Positions 44,413-54,829 of a stretch of 64,000 bases of DNA are shown one piece after another; within the stretch, counting starts at the first letter, position 1, and every line of letters starts with the position of its first letter. This stretch comes from a virus. Location of the stretch: the IMG/VR virus record IMGVR_UViG_3300032285_004008; one strand, written 5' to 3'. Under the pieces are notes generated by a model. It saw nothing but the letters and a program-made list of their open reading frames with translations. It had not been told where the DNA came from and searched no databases. Both the position numbers and the translations under genes were made by a program.

Positions 44413-45375
44413 ATGGCAACCGCAACGACAGCATTTAGTGGTAGACCCACACTATCGTTACGCTCTACCGTAACTGAAAGCAGTACAAACGCTAGCACCT
44501 ATGTAACTTCAGTTAACTGGAGCTTGGTGATTATTGCTTCCAGTAACACATCTACGGCCTACAATACTGGTGGTACCGCTGCTTGGTCTATGGATGTCAA
44601 TACTAATGGAAGTACTCCAGTATCTTCTGGAACCTATAGTTACGATTTTCGCGCACCGAATACAACAACAAATAAAACTATTGCATCTGGTAGTAAAAAT
44701 ATTTCTAGAGGCTCGTATGGGTCTTATACCACAAACTTTAGTGGATATGCAGATGGTGGAACTGGTGGTCTAATTGGTTCCGCTACAGCCGCTGGATCTC
44801 TTGCTCTAAGTAATATTGTTGCTCCACCATTCTTCCCATACTTCCCGCCATTCTTCCCGTACTTCCCTCCTTATTTCCCATACTTCCCTCCTTATTTTCC
44901 TTATTTCCCACCGTTCTTCCCGTTCTTCCCTCCTAACTTTACTCCAGCTCCTGGATGGTCTGGAACCGGTACAGATGTTGTATTAGCTACAGCAACCGAA
45001 GGAATTTACTACTCAGATGGAATAGCTGCAAGTAATGCTACTTCATACTCAATTACCAGCGGTTCATTCCCTAGTGGAATAACATTTGATACTTCTACTG
45101 GAGCAGTATACGGGACACCAGCTACTGGAACTAAAGGAACATACAACTTAACATTCACTGCATCTGGTGCTGGAGGTAGCACTACAAGTGGGACTATAAG
45201 TTTGATTGTTGTTCCAGAACCTGGTCAACTATTTACATATGACACTGCCACTGGAACCTGGAAAAAGGCAATAGTAAATACATACTCTAATGTGGGTGGA
45301 GTTCCAACATCAAGCAAGAATACCTTGTATGTATATGACTCAGCCTCAGGCCAGTGGGTAATTAGTAAGGGTTAA
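44413..45375 (+). CDS. Virion protein with Pro/Tyr/Phe repeat and Ig-like (He_PIG-like) domain
   Basis: 39-aa PPFF/PYF tract; YSITSGSFPSGITFDTSTGAVYGTP putative-Ig pattern. Confidence 0.7.
   Translation: MATATTAFSGRPTLSLRSTVTESSTNASTYVTSVNWSLVIIASSNTSTAYNTGGTAAWSMDVNTNGSTPVSSGTYSYDFRAPNTTTNKTIASGSKNISRGSYGSYTTNFSGYADGGTGGLIGSATAAGSLALSNIVAPPFFPYFPPFFPYFPPYFPYFPPYFPYFPPFFPFFPPNFTPAPGWSGTGTDVVLATATEGIYYSDGIAASNATSYSITSGSFPSGITFDTSTGAVYGTPATGTKGTYNLTFTASGAGGSTTSGTISLIVVPEPGQLFTYDTATGTWKKAIVNTYSNVGGVPTSSKNTLYVYDSASGQWVISKG
44824..44940 (+). repeat. P(P)[YF]F coding repeat, 11 units
   Basis: PPFF PYF PPFF PYF PPYF ... PPNF. Confidence 0.95.
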
Positions 45376-45378
45376 AAC

Positions 45379-47997
45379 CTAAATACTATTTGCAATTCGA
45401 AGAGTAGAATCCCAATTAACCTCACCGGTTGGGACTGCTCTAGGCTTAAGAGCACGATGAGCAACTACTGCCTTAACACCCTGACCTGCAACATCTAGTC
45501 CACGATCCTGCAGCTTACGCTGGAATGCAATCTGAGTCATAGCACGTTCACCACGCTCATCAGACCATGTGCGATATACACGATATAGCTCTCGCACCTG
45601 TACTGAAGCATCGTCACGCTCTATAGTCTCTTCATCTAAGAACAAACCAATTCGATCCTCATTTTTACGATAAATATCAGACGCATCGCGAACAGCAGAA
45701 CACCAACCAAGAGGGTCACGCGCACTGGAGTTTAGGTAGCGAATCGCACCCTCAACAGCCCACGAGAGAACCGCTGGAAGACCACCATCTGGGTCAGAAA
45801 GATATGCCTTTAGATCCGGATTAGCACGTTCTGGATCTGGAACGTGTGACCATGGAATTGGACGAAGACGACGCCACATAGCATCATCATTAATAATAGG
45901 GCGGTGGTTTGTAGTTACCCACATCTTGCCCTGAGCCTTAAACGTAAATGGCTTTTCACCAGGAGAACGACCCTGAATAGTTGATGAACCAGTCATTTGC
46001 TTAATCTGGTTTTCATTTAGACGTTCAGATTCTGGCAACTCATCAATCCAGATCATGCGCTTACCACGAAGCTCAGCCATATAGTACTGAGCAGAAGAAT
46101 CATTTCCACCTTTACCAGCTGCCATAATTTCTGAAGGTAGTTTACCTGCATACTGTTCAGTACCAAGAGCATTAACAATTGTTTCAACAAATGTGTTCTT
46201 ACCAGAACCAGGAGGACCGTAAACAAGGAACAAAACATCCTGGTCGCTCAAACCGGTTAGAGTATAGCCAGCAGCACGCTGAATCCATTCTTGAAGTTCT
46301 TTATCTCCACCGGTTGCATAGTCAATAAATTGTTCCCAGCGAGTGTTACGAAGTCCAGGAGTATACGAAACCGGTGCACGCTTGGTTATATACAAATCAG
46401 GTTGACCTTTAAGAAGTTTTCCAGTACGTAAATCAACAACACCATTACTAACACCTAAAAGATGAACATCCCCATCCCACTGCTCCACGGAAGTAACTAC
46501 ACGAGGGTCAGAGTTAGCACTTTTAATAGTTCCAGCAATACGGCTATTAGATTTAGCTTGCTTAGCCCAGTTAACAAGTTCCTGACGTTTGGTATCATCG
46601 CTAGCTGGGTAGTTAGCAGTTTCTCCAGCAATAACTGGAGCAAGTTTCTTTGCTAATTCTTGAATCTCTAAATCCTCTGAGTCTGGACGCCAGTACTGGC
46701 CATTCCAGTGGAACCAACCGAGACCAGCCGTATATCTAATCGCAGATCCAAAGGTATCAACTAGACGGCGACCATTACCGGTATCGGTGAGGGTGCGGAA
46801 TCCAGGTTGTCCACCATCTTCTTCATTAATCGAGTCAACGTCTTTAGGTAGATTCAGATTTCCATTACTAGTAGCATCTACTACTGACATACCTTGCTCT
46901 ACAAGCTGCGCAACAGTTGCACCAATAACACCACTAGTCACTACTTCTGGATTACCTGCAAGCTCTCCACCGGGAGATAGTTTTTCTGCAAGCTCTTGCC
47001 CCTGAGTCTCTATCCACTCAGATAGCCCATTCCACCCTCGATCAATTTTAGGGTTACCGGCTACAAAATCAATTGCACGGTGAACGTGCATAAGTAGAGA
47101 GTTCTGACCCTCTAGCTCCATAGGAGGGCGGACCATCTCGTGATTAAATCGAATCATCATTGACTCGATTGCAAGACGACCCTTTTCATCAGTACCAAAC
47201 TTATTTGCTAGAGCGCATGCAAGACGATAGATTTCTACCGCACGGTGGCCTTCTTGTATCCCCTCTGAAAGAATTGAATCTATATCAACTTTTTCTCCGC
47301 GGAATTCTAGATCTTCCATCCAATCCCAGGAGCCCTCTTTATAGCTAGACCCCGTGCCCTGACGAGCAGCTCTAGCGCGTAGAACTGCAAGAAGTTCTTC
47401 TGGTGCTTCGGCAATCTCCATCTCCCACGGAGCGTGGCCCGGCTTCCAGTCATAAGTAATTCCTGAAAAATGGCGAGATGGGGAGAGCAGGATATACCCA
47501 TTGTGTTTAATATCGATACCCTTTAGACCAGCTTTTTCTAGGTTACCGATAAACTTTTCATTAGGGTTGCATTTATAAATTAAGTGGCGTCCACGAACAA
47601 CTTTTCCATTTACAGAATATTCTCCAGTTTGAGCTTCAACTGTAGAAATAATTGCACCCTCGGCGCGGGATTCAAGGATATCAAAAGAATCATCCCCACC
47701 AGAACGCGGGTCAATATCAATTGCAAAAAAGCCAGATTCTTTACATAGAACACCAACGTTATAATCAGGGTTCTGGTTCCACCAGCTTTGAATTTGAGTT
47801 AGATCGGTAGTGGCATCTTTTTGTCCATTAGGACTTGCAGGGTGTTTGCCAATATCTTTTGCTTCATTGTGCGGCTTACCGCAAGTGCATCTACCATCTA
47901 AAGTAATTCCATGGACAGGTAGGACTTTCCATCCCTTTTTCGCATACCATTCGGCACCAGCGCCAAGCCTATTATTAGCTGACTCCCAGTTGCCCAT
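45379..47997 (-). CDS. Bifunctional primase-polymerase fused to P4/D5-family SF3 helicase
   Basis: N-term GKHP...DAT...W...P.YNVG...IDID, GY...PS.H; C-term TDTGNG.R, GPPGSGKNTF, IKQMTG, NHRP...D.A.WRR. Confidence 0.9.
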   Translation of the reverse strand: MGNWESANNRLGAGAEWYAKKGWKVLPVHGITLDGRCTCGKPHNEAKDIGKHPASPNGQKDATTDLTQIQSWWNQNPDYNVGVLCKESGFFAIDIDPRSGGDDSFDILESRAEGAIISTVEAQTGEYSVNGKVVRGRHLIYKCNPNEKFIGNLEKAGLKGIDIKHNGYILLSPSRHFSGITYDWKPGHAPWEMEIAEAPEELLAVLRARAARQGTGSSYKEGSWDWMEDLEFRGEKVDIDSILSEGIQEGHRAVEIYRLACALANKFGTDEKGRLAIESMMIRFNHEMVRPPMELEGQNSLLMHVHRAIDFVAGNPKIDRGWNGLSEWIETQGQELAEKLSPGGELAGNPEVVTSGVIGATVAQLVEQGMSVVDATSNGNLNLPKDVDSINEEDGGQPGFRTLTDTGNGRRLVDTFGSAIRYTAGLGWFHWNGQYWRPDSEDLEIQELAKKLAPVIAGETANYPASDDTKRQELVNWAKQAKSNSRIAGTIKSANSDPRVVTSVEQWDGDVHLLGVSNGVVDLRTGKLLKGQPDLYITKRAPVSYTPGLRNTRWEQFIDYATGGDKELQEWIQRAAGYTLTGLSDQDVLFLVYGPPGSGKNTFVETIVNALGTEQYAGKLPSEIMAAGKGGNDSSAQYYMAELRGKRMIWIDELPESERLNENQIKQMTGSSTIQGRSPGEKPFTFKAQGKMWVTTNHRPIINDDAMWRRLRPIPWSHVPDPERANPDLKAYLSDPDGGLPAVLSWAVEGAIRYLNSSARDPLGWCSAVRDASDIYRKNEDRIGLFLDEETIERDDASVQVRELYRVYRTWSDERGERAMTQIAFQRKLQDRGLDVAGQGVKAVVAHRALKPRAVPTGEVNWDSTLRIANSI

Positions 47998-48223
47998 TAG
48001 TTGCCTACCTTATTGTCATTAAAGAAATACATATGCTCTCCAGTTACTAAACACCAGCATACACACAGGGTAGGTGTGCTGCAAGTCAAAACGCTAAATG
48101 AGGTAAAAATACCTAACTTATTGGCGGTCTGATCTAACAGCGCGTCAAATAAGGACGACCCTAATAGGGTAAAATAGGATAAACAAATCTAATTGTTTCC
48201 CTCTAGAGAATCTATTATAGGCT

Positions 48224-48553
48224 ATGACCATCGAGATTATTTTAACTATTGCAGCAGTGATCACAGCTCTCGGAGTGATCTTTGGTGGAATATACGCCAC
48301 TTTTCGTTTAGTAAATCGAATTAGCCAAGCTATTGGTGTAGATGCTTCAGGTAGAACATTATCAGATAGATTAGAGCGAGTAGAGCACCAACTCTGGGAA
48401 AATGGCGGAAGTTCTCTAGCCGATAGAGTAAACGTCATTGGCGAACATGTAGTTAAACTTTCAGCCGAAACAGAGCTGATTAAAGACTTAGTAATTACTA
48501 CAAAAACTGCCCCAGTAAAAGTTGTCAAAACACGTGTCAAAAAAGCTAGCTAA
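48224..48553 (+). CDS. Membrane-anchored coiled-coil protein
   Basis: N-terminal TM helix, NGGSSL.D motif. Confidence 0.6.
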   Translation: MTIEIILTIAAVITALGVIFGGIYATFRLVNRISQAIGVDASGRTLSDRLERVEHQLWENGGSSLADRVNVIGEHVVKLSAETELIKDLVITTKTAPVKVVKTRVKKAS

Positions 48554-48608
48554 CAGCAAAAATATGTAGTAGGATTTTCCTAGTGTAAATAAAACCACTA
48601 GGAGATGC

Positions 48609-48884
48609 ATGAGCCTCAACGACAAGCTTAAGGCTGCAGCTAATGAAGCTTCAGCTAAACTTTGTAAGCTAGCAATACTGCTTAATGGGTCAGAGCTTAC
48701 TAATGATGAAAAGAAAAATCTAATCACCCTTCTTGAGGTCGATGACCGAGACCCAGCTCGGGTTCCTAGTTCAACAATCGGGCAAATTCTACGCGAAGAA
48801 GGCTATGACATCAGCAATAGTGCTGTTGACCGTCATCGCCGTATTCCGAAGTCCTGTGCCTGCAAAACAATAGGGAAGAAATAA
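48609..48884 (+). CDS. Hypothetical (possible HTH/metal-binding) protein
   Basis: SD AGGAG; C...RHRR...CAC; coupled to the phosphoesterase gene. Confidence 0.6.
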   Translation: MSLNDKLKAAANEASAKLCKLAILLNGSELTNDEKKNLITLLEVDDRDPARVPSSTIGQILREEGYDISNSAVDRHRRIPKSCACKTIGKK

Positions 48885-50086
48885 TGGGACTAGCAGATCG
48901 TTTAGAAGCATTAGCTTCTCCAGGAAAGTCTGGTTCAGACTTAAAATCTTTAAATACTCCAGAAAATTGGCGTCCTCGAATGGACATCGATAGCGTTTCT
49001 GGAGGTTTTCTTATTTCTCAGGCTAGACCAGAAGGCGAATCTCTTGGTGCGAAAGAAGTACTAGAGGAATTCAATCTGAACCCTGAAGATTGGAATATAA
49101 CTTCTGTAAGACTGGGCAAGTGGCAGAAGTATGATGGCGAGTATTTAGAGTCTCAGCGTGTAAATGTTGTACCAGCAGCAACTAGTTTGATAGAGCAGCT
49201 AGATGCTGAAAAGTTAATTGACGAAATTAAAAAGTGGCGTCCAGCTAAAGGGATCAAGCAAGCAACTGGTAGAGGATCTTTTGCTCTTTTCCCCGCTGAC
49301 CAGCAGATCGGTAAAAAAGCTGGTGGTGGCGGTACTCAACAGTCAATTGACAGAATTCTAGGATTAACAAATTCTGCAGTAGAACGTTTCAAGGGCTACC
49401 AAAAGATGGGTATGAATCTTGGCACAATTACTCTTGGACTTCCAGGTGACCACGTCGAGGGTAACGTGTCACAAGGTGGGCGTCTTCAAGGATTAGCTGC
49501 ATCTGATTTAGGTCTTACCGAACAGGTTCGAGTTGCACGTCGTCTGCTTATGGCTCAGATTAAAGCACTGTCCCCTCTTGCAGAAAACATGGTAGTTCCA
49601 GTTATCAACGGAAATCACGATGAAACTGGCAGATATGTTGCAACGGATCCAGCTGATGGTTGGAACGTAGAAATTGCATCTTCCGTACAAGATGCTTGTG
49701 CAGAGAATCCAGCACTACAGCACATCAAGTTTCGCTATCCTTCATCAGGGCACCAGACTTTGGTAACAGAGATTTGCGGCACCCATCTCGGGATGTTTCA
49801 CGGTCACCAGGCAAATCAGAATAGTATAGAAAAATATCTAGCAGGTCAGACTCTAGGTCAGACTGCACTAGGTGGAGCAGACATCTGGGTGTCAGGACAC
49901 TTTCACAATTTCCGTACAATGGATGTTAGTGAACGACTATGGGTTCAATGTCCAACCACTGACCCAGGCTCTGACTGGTTCCGCGATAGGGCTGGTCACC
50001 AGTCTCGAGCCGGACTACTTACCATGGTATTTGGTGGAGATTACGATCCGCGTGAGAATATCAGCGTACTTTCAATAAAAGGATAA
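48884..50086 (+). CDS. Calcineurin-like metallophosphoesterase
   Basis: D.Q.GK, GD.VEG, GNHDE, HGH and GHFH motifs. Confidence 0.8.
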   Translation: MGLADRLEALASPGKSGSDLKSLNTPENWRPRMDIDSVSGGFLISQARPEGESLGAKEVLEEFNLNPEDWNITSVRLGKWQKYDGEYLESQRVNVVPAATSLIEQLDAEKLIDEIKKWRPAKGIKQATGRGSFALFPADQQIGKKAGGGGTQQSIDRILGLTNSAVERFKGYQKMGMNLGTITLGLPGDHVEGNVSQGGRLQGLAASDLGLTEQVRVARRLLMAQIKALSPLAENMVVPVINGNHDETGRYVATDPADGWNVEIASSVQDACAENPALQHIKFRYPSSGHQTLVTEICGTHLGMFHGHQANQNSIEKYLAGQTLGQTALGGADIWVSGHFHNFRTMDVSERLWVQCPTTDPGSDWFRDRAGHQSRAGLLTMVFGGDYDPRENISVLSIKG

Positions 50087-50088
50087 AC

Positions 50089-50838
50089 ATGATAATCAAT
50101 CTATTTGGACTACCGGGTTCTGGAAAAACTACTCTTGCTAGAGAAATCTTAAAGCGTACTCCTGCTATCCACCTAAATGCAGACGAGGTACGGTCTGATT
50201 TAAGTATTGATCTAGGTTTTTCTCCGGAAGATCGAATCGAGCAAGCTCGCCGCATGGGAGCAATGGCTCGTCTACTTTCTGCTCAAGGGCATGTAGTTTT
50301 AGTAGACTTTGTAAACCCTACCGAAGCAACTAGAACTGCATTCGGTAAGGCTGACTTTGCTGTATGGGTAAATCGAATCAACTACAGTCGATTTGAAGAT
50401 ACAAATGTGCTCTGGGAGACTCCGGAAAAGTTTGATCTACAAATTATTAGTGGTATGGATTTGGACACAGAAGTTACCGTAGTGATGTCTGCAACTAAAC
50501 TTCCAGATTGGAAGAAGCCAACTACCCTAATGCTTGGTAGGTATCAGCCGTGGCACGAGGGACACGATGCTCTATATGATGCTGGACTAGAGCGTACGTC
50601 TCAAGTTCTTATTGCTGTAAGAGATACCCAGGGCACTTCTGAAAAAGACCCTTTAAGCCATGATCAGGTGGTTCACTACATCCAAAAGTATCGACCAGAA
50701 GCGATGATCATGAGAGTTCCCAACATTACAAACATTATTTATGGACGTGATGTCGGATATAAGATTGAAAAAATAGAGCTTAGCCCGGAGATGCAGGAAA
50801 TATCTGCAACCAAAAAGCGAGAAGAGTTGGGCATTTAG
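50089..50838 (+). CDS. APS-kinase-like domain fused to HIGH-motif nucleotidyltransferase
   Basis: GLPGSGKTT, AD.VR..L..DLGFS.EDR.E..RR; C-term GRYQPWHEGH...ISAT..R. Confidence 0.75.
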   Translation: MIINLFGLPGSGKTTLAREILKRTPAIHLNADEVRSDLSIDLGFSPEDRIEQARRMGAMARLLSAQGHVVLVDFVNPTEATRTAFGKADFAVWVNRINYSRFEDTNVLWETPEKFDLQIISGMDLDTEVTVVMSATKLPDWKKPTTLMLGRYQPWHEGHDALYDAGLERTSQVLIAVRDTQGTSEKDPLSHDQVVHYIQKYRPEAMIMRVPNITNIIYGRDVGYKIEKIELSPEMQEISATKKREELGI

Positions 50839-50839
50839 A

Positions 50840-51244
50840 ATGGCTCATCTGGATAATTTAGATGAGTCATATGTGCAGCATGCTAGAGAAGGTATTCGAC
50901 TATCTACTAAACTGTTTTTAGCATCTATTGCATGCTTAATTCACTCTTTTTTCCCAGAACTGTTTGAGCAGACAGCCAGTAAAACAATGTCAACAGAACT
51001 ACAGCGTTTTAAGAATAGGCTAACTAATACTAGCCACATTCAAGTCAGGTATAACACCAAAGTAGGGGATGGAAACCTATTTTGGCGAGTGATAGTAGAT
51101 GGTAAGGAATCTCTTGCTAGTACTGTAGTTATTTTTGGAACTATATATGGTGAAGAAAGTGCTACTAAAGAAGGCAGAAAGCTTAACATGGCATGCGATG
51201 GCATAGCCACCTGGGACAACGATATGGTAGTTATAGAGGCATAA
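50840..51244 (+). CDS. Hypothetical two-domain protein (N-term DUF6356-like)
   Basis: HL....ESY.QH.........A..A..IH..FP.LF..TAS, plus a second domain RYNTK.....WRV. Confidence 0.5.
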   Translation: MAHLDNLDESYVQHAREGIRLSTKLFLASIACLIHSFFPELFEQTASKTMSTELQRFKNRLTNTSHIQVRYNTKVGDGNLFWRVIVDGKESLASTVVIFGTIYGEESATKEGRKLNMACDGIATWDNDMVVIEA

Positions 51245-52314
51245 TGAAGGTAGCAGTTTACACGATAGCCCTGAATGAAGAAAAGCATGTTGAGCGTTGG
51301 TACAACTCCGTAAAGGATGCTGACTATATCTTAATTGCAGATACGGGGTCTACTGATAGAACAGTAGAGATTGCTAAAAGTCTGGGAATCAATGTAGTAA
51401 GTGTTTTAATTAAACCTTTTAGGTTTGATACTAGTCGTACTGCTGCACTGGCAGCTATTCCGGCTGACATTGATTACTGTATCTCGCTCGATATGGATGA
51501 AGTATTGACAGAGGGCTGGCGTTCTGACATAGAGACTTTGACCCTACTGGAACCAAATCAATCAGCAATTTTAAGAACTGTTTTGACATGGAACTTCAAA
51601 GAAGATGGTTCTCCAGGACTTCAATATGGAGCAGATAGAGTGCACTCCCGCTGGGGCGTTCGTTGGCGTCAACCAGCTCACGAGATCATTAGTACCTACG
51701 GGGACTACGAAGAAATTAGAGGTTCTGTTTCTTTCGGTATACATCACCTACCTGATGACACAAAATCTCGTTCTCAATATATGGCAATGTTAAAAATGGC
51801 TGTAGATGAGAATCCGTATAGTGATAGAAATGCTTTTTACTACGCTAGAGAACTATACTTCTACGGACTATATGATCAGGCAGCTAGAGAATTTAAGCGC
51901 CACCTAAGCCTACCATCGGCCACCTGGGCCCCAGAAAGAGCAGCATCTCTTAGATATCTCTCCATCTGCGACCCTGCCAATGCAGAGCAGTATCTATTGA
52001 GTGCAGTTTCTACTGACAAGGGTCGTAGAGAGCCTAAGGTATCGTTAGCTCAACTTTATTATGATCGAGTGTCATGGGATGATTGCTATAAATGGTCATT
52101 AGAGGCTTTAGCTATTGAAACCAAACCACTGGACTATATGTGTGAGGAATATGCATGGGATCACACACCATGGGATCTTGCAGCACTAAGTGCATATAAT
52201 CTTGGTAAATATGATGAAGCTTTAAAATACGGTCTTAAGGCAGTGGAGTTAGATCCGACCAATGAAAGACTTGTAGCTAATTTAGAGTTTTACTCTAAGG
52301 CTTCTTCTTCCTAG
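51244..52314 (+). CDS. GT2-family glycosyltransferase with TPR repeats
   Basis: VYTIALNEE, DTGSTD.T, RFD..R, LDMDE, HE; C-terminal TPRs. Start reassigned to ATG 51244. Confidence 0.88.
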   Translation: MKVAVYTIALNEEKHVERWYNSVKDADYILIADTGSTDRTVEIAKSLGINVVSVLIKPFRFDTSRTAALAAIPADIDYCISLDMDEVLTEGWRSDIETLTLLEPNQSAILRTVLTWNFKEDGSPGLQYGADRVHSRWGVRWRQPAHEIISTYGDYEEIRGSVSFGIHHLPDDTKSRSQYMAMLKMAVDENPYSDRNAFYYARELYFYGLYDQAAREFKRHLSLPSATWAPERAASLRYLSICDPANAEQYLLSAVSTDKGRREPKVSLAQLYYDRVSWDDCYKWSLEALAIETKPLDYMCEEYAWDHTPWDLAALSAYNLGKYDEALKYGLKAVELDPTNERLVANLEFYSKASSS

Positions 52315-52753
52315 ATTCCTGAGCGTGAAATGCTTCAACCGCATTTGCACTAGTTCTACTCTGCCAATTAAATCCACAATCTATGCATTCAACAACTTTC
52401 ATAGTTGCCCATCGTCCCTTATTTGGGCGCTCTACTGTCATTGTCTTTAAAGAAGATGTTTTGGCTTTGCACATCGGGCATAGAGGGAATCTTTTATGAC
52501 GCATTTCTTGACCTTCCCAGTTAACAGAGAGTGTGCGTCTTATTTGTTTAGGAGTTAGACCGCCCCAGATTCCCCAAATTTCTTTATTTTCTAGTGCATC
52601 TTTTGCGCATTGAGCTTTTACAGGGCATATTTCGCATAATTTTTTAGCAGCTACCTGCTGAGAGGGCTTATTAGCAAAGAAGCTATGAATATGCTCTCTA
52701 TTTATAGGTTTAGAGCACTCGGAATTTTCATGCCATTCTGGAGAATCTATCAA
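52295..52753 (-). CDS. whiB: WhiB-family protein with C-terminal zinc ribbon
   Basis: C...FF...AKKLCEICPV...C...AL...WGIWGGLT, then CPMC...CIDC. Confidence 0.85.
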   Translation of the reverse strand: MIDSPEWHENSECSKPINREHIHSFFANKPSQQVAAKKLCEICPVKAQCAKDALENKEIWGIWGGLTPKQIRRTLSVNWEGQEMRHKRFPLCPMCKAKTSSLKTMTVERPNKGRWATMKVVECIDCGFNWQSRTSANAVEAFHAQESRKKKP

Positions 52754-53082
52754 AAGTCATACACCTTAACCCATGTAGCTGGAATAACAAAATCTAAAAG
52801 ATATCCGTTACTTGTCTCACCAGACTCATCACATGGCATTACTTCATCTTCAGCTGGATCAATCCCTGAATAGCCTAAGGTTATCTCAGCTATATTGATC
52901 ATCTGAAAAGCTTGACCTAAGGATAAGGCAATACCTTCTCGCTGAAGAGTAGAGGCTAGAGCCTTGCGCACAACTTCGTGTTCAAGGTCAACATGCCCTT
53001 CGGTATAAAAAAGCAACCCATCGCCAGATGGATCTGCATCCCAAAAAAACCAAAGGGACTCGCCAATACGAGAATCTTTCAT
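52750..53082 (-). CDS. Hypothetical protein
   Basis: 110-aa ORF in the gene string. Confidence 0.6.
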   Translation of the reverse strand: MKDSRIGESLWFFWDADPSGDGLLFYTEGHVDLEHEVVRKALASTLQREGIALSLGQAFQMINIAEITLGYSGIDPAEDEVMPCDESGETSNGYLLDFVIPATWVKVYDF

Positions 53083-53141
53083 AAAAAAGATTCTACCTTG
53101 ACAAGTCCCTAGGTTATACGGTATGTACCGTTAATTACAAT

Positions 53142-53375
53142 TTAAAAGGGTTTAGCAATACTATTCTTCACATTACCGTAAGCAGTAACGACAAAGTGCT
53201 GAGTTAGTCCAGAATCCTTCTCCGGATCTGGGATAGCCACCTTTAGCTCAATATCAACCACCGAGGGAATAGCATCTTCACCGATTTCCATGAATTTAGC
53301 TACTTCTTCGCAGGCAGTCTTTCTAGCCTGCTCTACAGTATCTGCACCAAACTTAAGTTCAAAATGTACGCGCAT
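53142..53375 (-). CDS. Hypothetical protein
   Basis: 77-aa ORF coupled to the upstream gene. Confidence 0.55.
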   Translation of the reverse strand: MRVHFELKFGADTVEQARKTACEEVAKFMEIGEDAIPSVVDIELKVAIPDPEKDSGLTQHFVVTAYGNVKNSIAKPF

Positions 53376-53803
53376 TAGCTGACCTTCTTCTCTAGTTTAT
53401 ATGGAGAGTAGTGGACACCCTTGAGTTCAGGAACTTTACCATCAGTAGAGTTGATAATTACATCTCCATAACGAACAGCAATTACTTTACCTCGACGCCC
53501 GTTATGCATAATACCGGTAGCATCAGCAAAGGCATCAATTAGAACCCTTACATCATCTCCAACCACGATATTTCCAGGCTGTAGAGGAATCCAAATCTCA
53601 TCCGGTGAGTCAACCTGGTCTAGTGCTGGTTTACCTAGAGCCAACTTACTGAAAATATCAATGGTTTCCTTAGCAATGCCTGGAGTCATTTTTTCAAAGC
53701 TTTCCCAGGTTTCGAGTAGCTTCAAAATAGCCTTACCTGAGCCAACCTTAACCTTGGCTTCTTCTAGCTGTTGCTTTATCCATTCATAGTTTACTTCTGG
53801 CAT
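53375..53803 (-). CDS. Hypothetical protein (possible SH3-like C-terminus)
   Basis: 142 aa, SD AGGAG. Confidence 0.6.
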   Translation of the reverse strand: MPEVNYEWIKQQLEEAKVKVGSGKAILKLLETWESFEKMTPGIAKETIDIFSKLALGKPALDQVDSPDEIWIPLQPGNIVVGDDVRVLIDAFADATGIMHNGRRGKVIAVRYGDVIINSTDGKVPELKGVHYSPYKLEKKVS

Positions 53804-53815
53804 TTTTTCTCCTAT

Positions 53816-54808
53816 TTATCCAGCTACTACTAATCTTAGTAGTTCAATGGATTCTTCTTTATTTGGAATGGCACTTATATAATCTCTACGTTGATTTATC
53901 GCAATCTCTAGACGCTCTTCATCGCTAGCTTCTTCAATGCTTGATCCGAGAACGTACCAGCTATTCGAAAGTTTTCCCGTGTCTCGCCAATCTGAAAATA
54001 CAGGCACTAGAGAGTTCATAGCTTGTATATACCTATATGACCACCATGTGCCCACGCCTCTATCATGAGGAGCAGCCAATAATCCAAAACTAGAGGCCAA
54101 TCTAGAACTAACTATAGACTCGCTTTCCTTCGGGGCAATTTTTAAGGGAGATACTGGTAGTTGAAGTAACTGTTCTACTTTTTTAGTCCATGAAGATTTA
54201 GGCGAATCAGCTACCCATCGGGTGCTACGGATATCAGATATAGAAGGCTCCACGAGCAGATGAGAGTCTAGATTCACTCCAATCAGGCTCGATGGGTCAA
54301 CAGTAGATATAAATTTAGATACTGATTCTTTATCTTTCCAGGGCATAGAAGGGTATATGGTCTTAGGCCATGCAGTATTCAATAGTTTTGTTGCAGCTGA
54401 ACGAATACTTTCCTGAGAAGATGAAGATATGGCTGATTTAAACTCTCTACGCTTGGTATAGAAATCAGAAAAAAGGCTGGAAACATCTCTATCAATAGAG
54501 GCAAGACTTGATTTAAATTGCCATATCTGAGGATGGTCTACGATCAATCTTAGCTTCGGTGACTCGTACATAAGATTAATAGTATGCATTGCACCATATA
54601 CTTTGTTGGCTCCTAGACTTGTAGGGGGTATGACACCAACAAGTATCGAGTCATATTGATCTAAAAATTCTTTGGTCCAAGTAACACTAGGAGTAGCCCA
54701 CTCTACGTCTGCAAAAGTCTCTACTGCTTTGACTAAAGTCCCAAAAAAAGTAGTATTTGCTGATGGCTTAGTGTGGGACGAAGCCATTCCCGTAACAAGT
54801 ACTTTCAT
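53816..54808 (-). CDS. Hypothetical protein, possibly GT-B glycosyltransferase-like
   Basis: 330 aa; Rossmann-like start MKVLVTG and late R..QA....PV segment; function tentative. Confidence 0.4.
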   Translation of the reverse strand: MKVLVTGMASSHTKPSANTTFFGTLVKAVETFADVEWATPSVTWTKEFLDQYDSILVGVIPPTSLGANKVYGAMHTINLMYESPKLRLIVDHPQIWQFKSSLASIDRDVSSLFSDFYTKRREFKSAISSSSQESIRSAATKLLNTAWPKTIYPSMPWKDKESVSKFISTVDPSSLIGVNLDSHLLVEPSISDIRSTRWVADSPKSSWTKKVEQLLQLPVSPLKIAPKESESIVSSRLASSFGLLAAPHDRGVGTWWSYRYIQAMNSLVPVFSDWRDTGKLSNSWYVLGSSIEEASDEERLEIAINQRRDYISAIPNKEESIELLRLVVAG

Positions 54809-54829
54809 ATAAATCCTTTAATAAAGGTA

